Part shown: positions 58,621 to 64,000 of the stretch, in pieces | Layout of the letters: every line of letters starts with the position of its first letter | How positions within the stretch are numbered: position 1 is the stretch's first letter | From: the human T2T-CHM13v2.0 reference genome, Homo sapiens | NCBI RefSeq assembly: GCF_009914755.1 | Contig: NC_060932.1 | DNA: 64,000 bases | Reading direction: 5' to 3' (one strand) | Made by a program: the position numbers and the translations under genes | The notes under the pieces: model-generated | What the model saw: only the letters and a program-made list of their open reading frames with translations | What the model was told of the DNA's origin: nothing | Database searches by the model: none

Positions 58621-60507
58621 TATTCAATAACTATTTGCTGAATGAGTGAACAGTAGTATTTTCGTAGCACATTTAGCTATATTCTAATATTGTTGTTATT
58701 CAAATATTCTGTATTCCTATTTGTATGTTAAAGTAATATTTTCATAATCTACAAACAAGTAGGCTGCTTCTAAAATTCATCTATAAAACATATATGAAGA
58801 GTGAAATCCCTCACAGTGAGTTTGTTTATACATAAGTAATACAGTTTATTATTGATTTTGAATCATGAAGTGGAGAGTTTATTCAATGTAACAAAGAAAT
58901 ATTGGACAAATCTAATCCCTGAGTCTGTGAGTTTTTAGAGAGCTTTTATTGATTTTCTTTACAGTACATCTGTTTTTCGGGATTAATTAGTACTTCTCCT
59001 AGAAGACAGATCATATATCCAAAATAATCTATTTTCTTTTCCTTCAAGAAATTAATATCTAACAAAAAAATGACTGAAGCCTGCTGAGATTACTACACCA
59101 ATGTGCATTCATCACTTTAATATACCACAGATGTATTTTCCATGTCTAGTGAAGCAAAATGTTGCCTAGATTAAAAAATATGGAAACTGGGGATTCCCAG
59201 GCAAGATGGCCAAATAGGACAGCTCCAGTCTGCAGCTCCCAGCGAGACCAACTCAGAAGGTGGGTGATTTCTGCATTTCCAACTGAGGTGTACAGTTCAT
59301 CTCATTGTGACTGGTTAGACAGTGGGTGCAGCCCATGTAGAGTGAGCAGAAGCAGGGTGGGGGGCACTGCCTCACCCAGGAAGCAAAAGGGGCTGGGTAA
59401 CTCCCTCCCCTAGCCAAGGGAAGCCGTGAGGGACTGTGCTGTGAGAGATGGTGCTGTCAGGCCAAGATACTATGCTTTTCCCACAGTCTTCACAACCCAC
59501 ATACCAGGAGATTCCCTCGGGTACCTACACCACAATGGACCTGAGTTTCAAGCACAAAACTGGGCCGCCATTTGGGCAGACGCCGAGCTAGCTGCAGGAG
59601 TCTTTTTTCGTACCCTAATGGCGCCTGGAACACCAGCGAGACAGAACCGTTCACTCCCCTGGAAAGGGAGCTGAAACCAGGGAGCCAAGTGGTCTTGCTC
59701 CAGCGGATCCTACTCCCACAGAACCCAGCAAGCTAAGATCCACTGGCTGGAAATTCTAGCTGCCAGCACAGCAGTCTGGTCAACCTGGGATGCTTGAGCT
59801 TGGTGAGGGGAGGGGTGTCTGCCATTACTGAGGCTTGAGTAGGCGGTTTTCTACTCGCAGTGTAAACAAAGACACCAGAAGTTCAGACTGGGCAGAGAAC
59901 CCTGCCAAGCTGCAAAGTCGCTGTAGCCAGACTGCCTCTCTAGATTCCTCCTCTCTGGGCAGGGCATTTCTGAAAGAAAGGCAGCAGCCCCAGTCAGGGA
60001 CTTATAGATAAAACTCCCACCTCCCTGGGACAGAGCACCTGGGGGAAGAGGCAGTTGTGGGTGCAGCTTCAGCAGACTTAAGCGTTCCTGCGTCCTGGCT
60101 CTGAAGAGAGCAGCGGCTCTCCCAGCACAGCATTCAAACTCTGCTAAGGGTCAGACTGCCTCCTCAAGTGGGTCCCTGACCCCCATGCCTCCTGACTGGG
60201 ATACACCTCCCAGCAGGGGTTGACAGACACCTCATACAGGAGAGCTCCAACTGCCATCTGGCAGGTTCCCCTCTGGGATGAAGCTTCCAGAGGAAGGAGC
60301 AGGCAGCAATTTTTGCTGTTCTGCAGCCTCCCCTTGTGATACCCAGGCAAACAGGGTGTGGAGTGGACCCCCAGCAAACTCCAGCAGACCTGCAGAAGAG
60401 AGTCCTGACTGTTAGAAGGAAAACTAACAAACAGAAAGCAATAACATCAACAAAAAGGATTCGAAGGTCACCAACAGCAAAGACCAAAGGTAGATAAATC
60501 CACAAAG

Positions 60508-61529
60508 ATGAGGAAAACCCAGCACAGAATGGCTGAAAATTCCAAACACTAGAACACTGCTTCTCCTCCAAAGGATCACAACTCCTCACCAGCAAGGGAA
60601 CAAAACTGGACAGAGAATGAGTTTGATGAATTGAGAGAAGTAGGCTTCAGAAGGTGGGTAATAAACTCCTCTGACCTAAAGGAGCATGTTCTAACCCAAT
60701 GCAAGGAAGCTAAGAACCTTAATAAAAGGTTAGAAGAATTGCTAACTAGAATATCCAGTTTAGAGAAGAACATAAATGAACTGATGGAGCTGAAAACACA
60801 GCACAAAAACTTCGTGAAGCATATACAAGTATCAATAGTCGAATTGATCAAGCGGGAGAAATCATATCAGAGATTGAAAATCAACTTAATGAAATAAAGC
60901 ATGGAGACAAGATTAGAGAAAAAAGAATGAAAAGGAATGAACAAAGCCTCCAAGAACTATGGGACTATGTGAAAAGACCAAACCTACGTTTGATTGGTGT
61001 ACCTGAAAGTGACGGGGAGAATGGAGCCAAGTTGGAAAACACACTTCAGGATATTATCCAGGAGAACCTCCCCAATCTAGCAAGATAGGCCAACGTTCAA
61101 GTTCAGGAAATACAGAGAACACCACAAAGATACTCCTGGAGAAGAACAACCCTAAGACACATAATCATCAGATTCACCAAGTTTGAAATGAAGGAAAAAA
61201 TGTTAAGGGCAGCCAGAAACAGAGGTTGGGTTACCCACAAAAGGAAGCCCATCAGATTAACAGTGGATCTCTCTGCAGAAACCCTACAAGCGAGAAGAGA
61301 GTGAGGGCCAAGATTCAACATTATTAAATAAAAGAATTTTTAACCCAGAATTTCATATCCAGCCAAACTAAACTTCATAAGTGAAGGAGACATAGAATCT
61401 CTTACAGACCAGAAAATGCTGAGGGGTTTTGTCACCAGCAGGCCTGTCTTACAAGAGCTCCTCAAGGAAGCACTAAATATGGAAAGGAAAAACCAGTACC
61501 AGCCACTGCAAAAACAAACCAAAATGTAA
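60508..61529 (+). pseudogene. L1 ORF1p, multiple stops/frameshifts
   Basis: ATGAGGAAAACCCAG at 60508 and AAAATGTAA end; only fragments are open (REVGFRRWVINSSDLKEHV). Confidence 0.9.
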
Positions 61530-61592
61530 AGGCCATCAACACTATGAAAAATCTGCATCAACTAATGGGGAAAATAACCAGCTAGCATCATA

Positions 61593-64000
61593 ATGACAGG
61601 ATCAAATTCACACATAACAATATTAACCTTAAATATAAATGGGCTAAATGCCCCAATTAAAAGTCACAGAATAGCAAATTGGATAAAGAGTCAAGAGCCG
61701 TTGGTGTGCTGTATTCAGGAGACCCATCTCACATGCAAAGACATGCATAGGCTCAAAATAAAAAGATGAAGGAATATTTATCAACTAAATGGAAAGCAAA
61801 AAAAAAAAAAAAGCAGAAGTTGCAATCTTAGTCTCTGATAAAACAGACTTTAAACCAACAAAGATCAAAAAAGACAAAGAAGGATATTATAGAATGGTAA
61901 AGGGATCAATGCAACAAGAGGAGCTAACTATCCTAAATTTATATGCACCCAATACAGGACTACCCAGATTCATAAAGCAAATTCTTAGAGACCTACGAAG
62001 AGACTTTGAGTCTCACACGACAATAGTGGGAGACTTTAACACTCCACTGTCAATATTAGACAGATCAATGAGACAGAAAATTAACAAGGATATTCAGGAC
62101 TTGAACTCAGCTCTGGACCAAGTGAACCTAATAGACAGGTACAGAACTCTGCACCCCAAATCAAAAGAATATATATTCTTCTCAGCACCACATAGTACTT
62201 ATTGTAAAATTGACCACATAATTGGAAGTAAAACACTCCTCAGCAAATGCAAAAGAACAGAAATCATAACAAACAGTCTCTCAGACCACAGTGCAATCAA
62301 ATTAGAACTCAGGATTAAGATACTCACTCAAAACTGCACAACTAAATGGAAAGTGAACAACCTGCTCCTGAATGACTACTGGGTAGATAACGAAATTAAG
62401 GCAGGAACGAATAAGTTATTTGAAACCAGTGAGAACAAAGACAAAACATACCAGAATCTCTGGGACACAGCTAAAGCAGTGTTTAGTGGGAAATTTATAG
62501 CACTAAACGCGCACAGGAGAAAGCAGGAAAGATCTAAAATCGACACCCTAACATCACAATTAAAAGAACTAGAAAAGTAAAAGCAAATACATTCAAAAGC
62601 TAGCAGAAGACAAGGAATAACTAAGATCAGAGAAGAACTGAATGAGGTAGAGACACAAAAAACCCTTCAAAAAAATCAGTGAACCCAGCAGCTTCTTGTT
62701 TGAAAAGATTGACAAAATAGATAGATGGCTAGCGAGACTAATAAAGAAGAAAAGAGAAAAGAATCAAAAAGACACAATAAAAAATGATAAAGGGAATATC
62801 ACCACCGATCCCACAGAAATACAAACTACCATCAGAGAATACTATAAACACCTCTATGCAAATAAACTAGAAAACCTAGAAGAAATGGATAAATTCCTGG
62901 ACACATACACCCTCCCAAGACTAAACCAGGAAGAAGTCGAATCCCTGAATAGACCAATAACAAGTTTTGAAATTGAGGCAGTAATTAATAGTCTACGACC
63001 CAAAAAAAGCCCTGGACCAGATGGATTCACAGCCGAATTTTACCAGAGGTACAAAAAGGAGCTGGTACCATTCCTTCTGAAACTATTCCAAACAATAGAA
63101 AAAGAAAGACTCCTCCCTAACTCATTTTATGAGGCCAGCATCATCCTGATACCAAAACCTGGCAGAGACACAACAAAAAAAGAAAATTTCAGGCCTATAT
63201 CCCCGATAAACATCAATGCAAAAATACTCAATAAGATACTGGCAAACCGAATCCAGCAGCACATCAAAAAGCTTATGCACCACAATCAAACTGGCTTCAT
63301 TCCCGGGATGCAAGGCTGGTTAAACATACGCAAATCAATAAACGTAATCCATCACATAAACAGAAGCAATGACAAAAACCACATGATTATCTCAATAGAG
63401 GCAGAAAAGGCCTTTGATAACATTTAACACCCCTTCATGCTAAAAACACTCAATAAACTAGGTATTGATGGAACGTATCTCAAAATAATAAGAGCTATTT
63501 ATGACAAACCCACAGCCAATATCATACTGAATGGGCAAAAGCTGGAAGCATTCCCTTTGAAAACCGGCACAAGACAAGGATGTGCCTTGTCACCACTCCT
63601 ATTCAACACAGTATTGGAAGTTCTGGCCAGGGCAGTCAGGCAAGAGAAAGAAATAAAGGGTATTCGAATAGGAAGTGAGGAAGTCAAATTATGTCTGTTT
63701 GCAGATGACATGATTGTATATTTAGAAAACCCCATCATCTCAGCCCAAAAACTCCTTAAGCTGATAAACCACTTCAGCAAAGTCTCAGGATACAAAATCA
63801 ATGTTCAAAAATCACAAGCATTCCTATACACTAATAATAGTCAGAGATCCGAATCATGAGCAAATTCCCATTCACAATTGCTACAAAGAGAATAAAATAC
63901 CTAGGAATACAACTTACAAGGGATATGAAGGACCTCTTCAAGGAGAACTACACACCACTGCTCAAGGAAATAAGAGAGGACACAAACAAATGGGAAAACA
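61593..64000 (+). pseudogene. L1 ORF2p, disrupted, truncated by window edge
   Basis: ATGACAGGATCAAATTCA start; EN and RT fragments (61789-62580, 62696-63427, 63437-63859) separated by stops/frameshifts. Confidence 0.93.

Larger units (their letters stand above)
59189..64000 (+). mobile_element. LINE-1, L1PA7/L1PA8-like, 5' part (continues beyond window)
   Basis: GGCAAGATGGCCAAATAGG 5' end, ~1.3-kb long-form 5'UTR, ORF1 and ORF2 homology. Confidence 0.92.

Overview
This is primate (most likely human or great-ape) nuclear DNA, non-coding as far as I can see, and roughly half of it is interspersed repeat. It holds about 23 Alu elements or fragments, including one very young AluY-derived copy with a perfect TSD. 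There is a near full-length but dead L1PA2-like LINE-1 (minus strand, 40074-46000) and the 5' 4.8 kb of an older L1PA7/8-like LINE-1 (plus strand, 59189 to the window end). It also carries several solo LTRs (THE1C/D, MER4, LTR8, MER21, MLT2A, MLT1), old L1M/L2/MER5 fragments and an unusually rich set of minisatellites and short local duplications. I recognise no host protein-coding gene, RNA gene or CRISPR array; the only real coding remnants are disrupted L1 ORF1, ORF2 and ORF0. I found no convincing new biological system. The most interesting signals are structural: (1) a complex junction at the L1PA2 5' end (no TSD, an Alu stub, filler DNA and a 127-bp copy of sequence lying 2.8 kb away); (2) a microhomology deletion removing an RT catalytic motif and a small templated hairpin insertion inside that L1; (3) an old constant-repeat/microsatellite-spacer array dated by a THE1 insertion; (4) a minisatellite with higher-order structure; (5) motif-dense VNTRs and candidate regulatory elements. 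Repeat subfamily names come from remembered consensus sequences and need RepeatMasker/Dfam confirmation. Boundaries of old elements are approximate.
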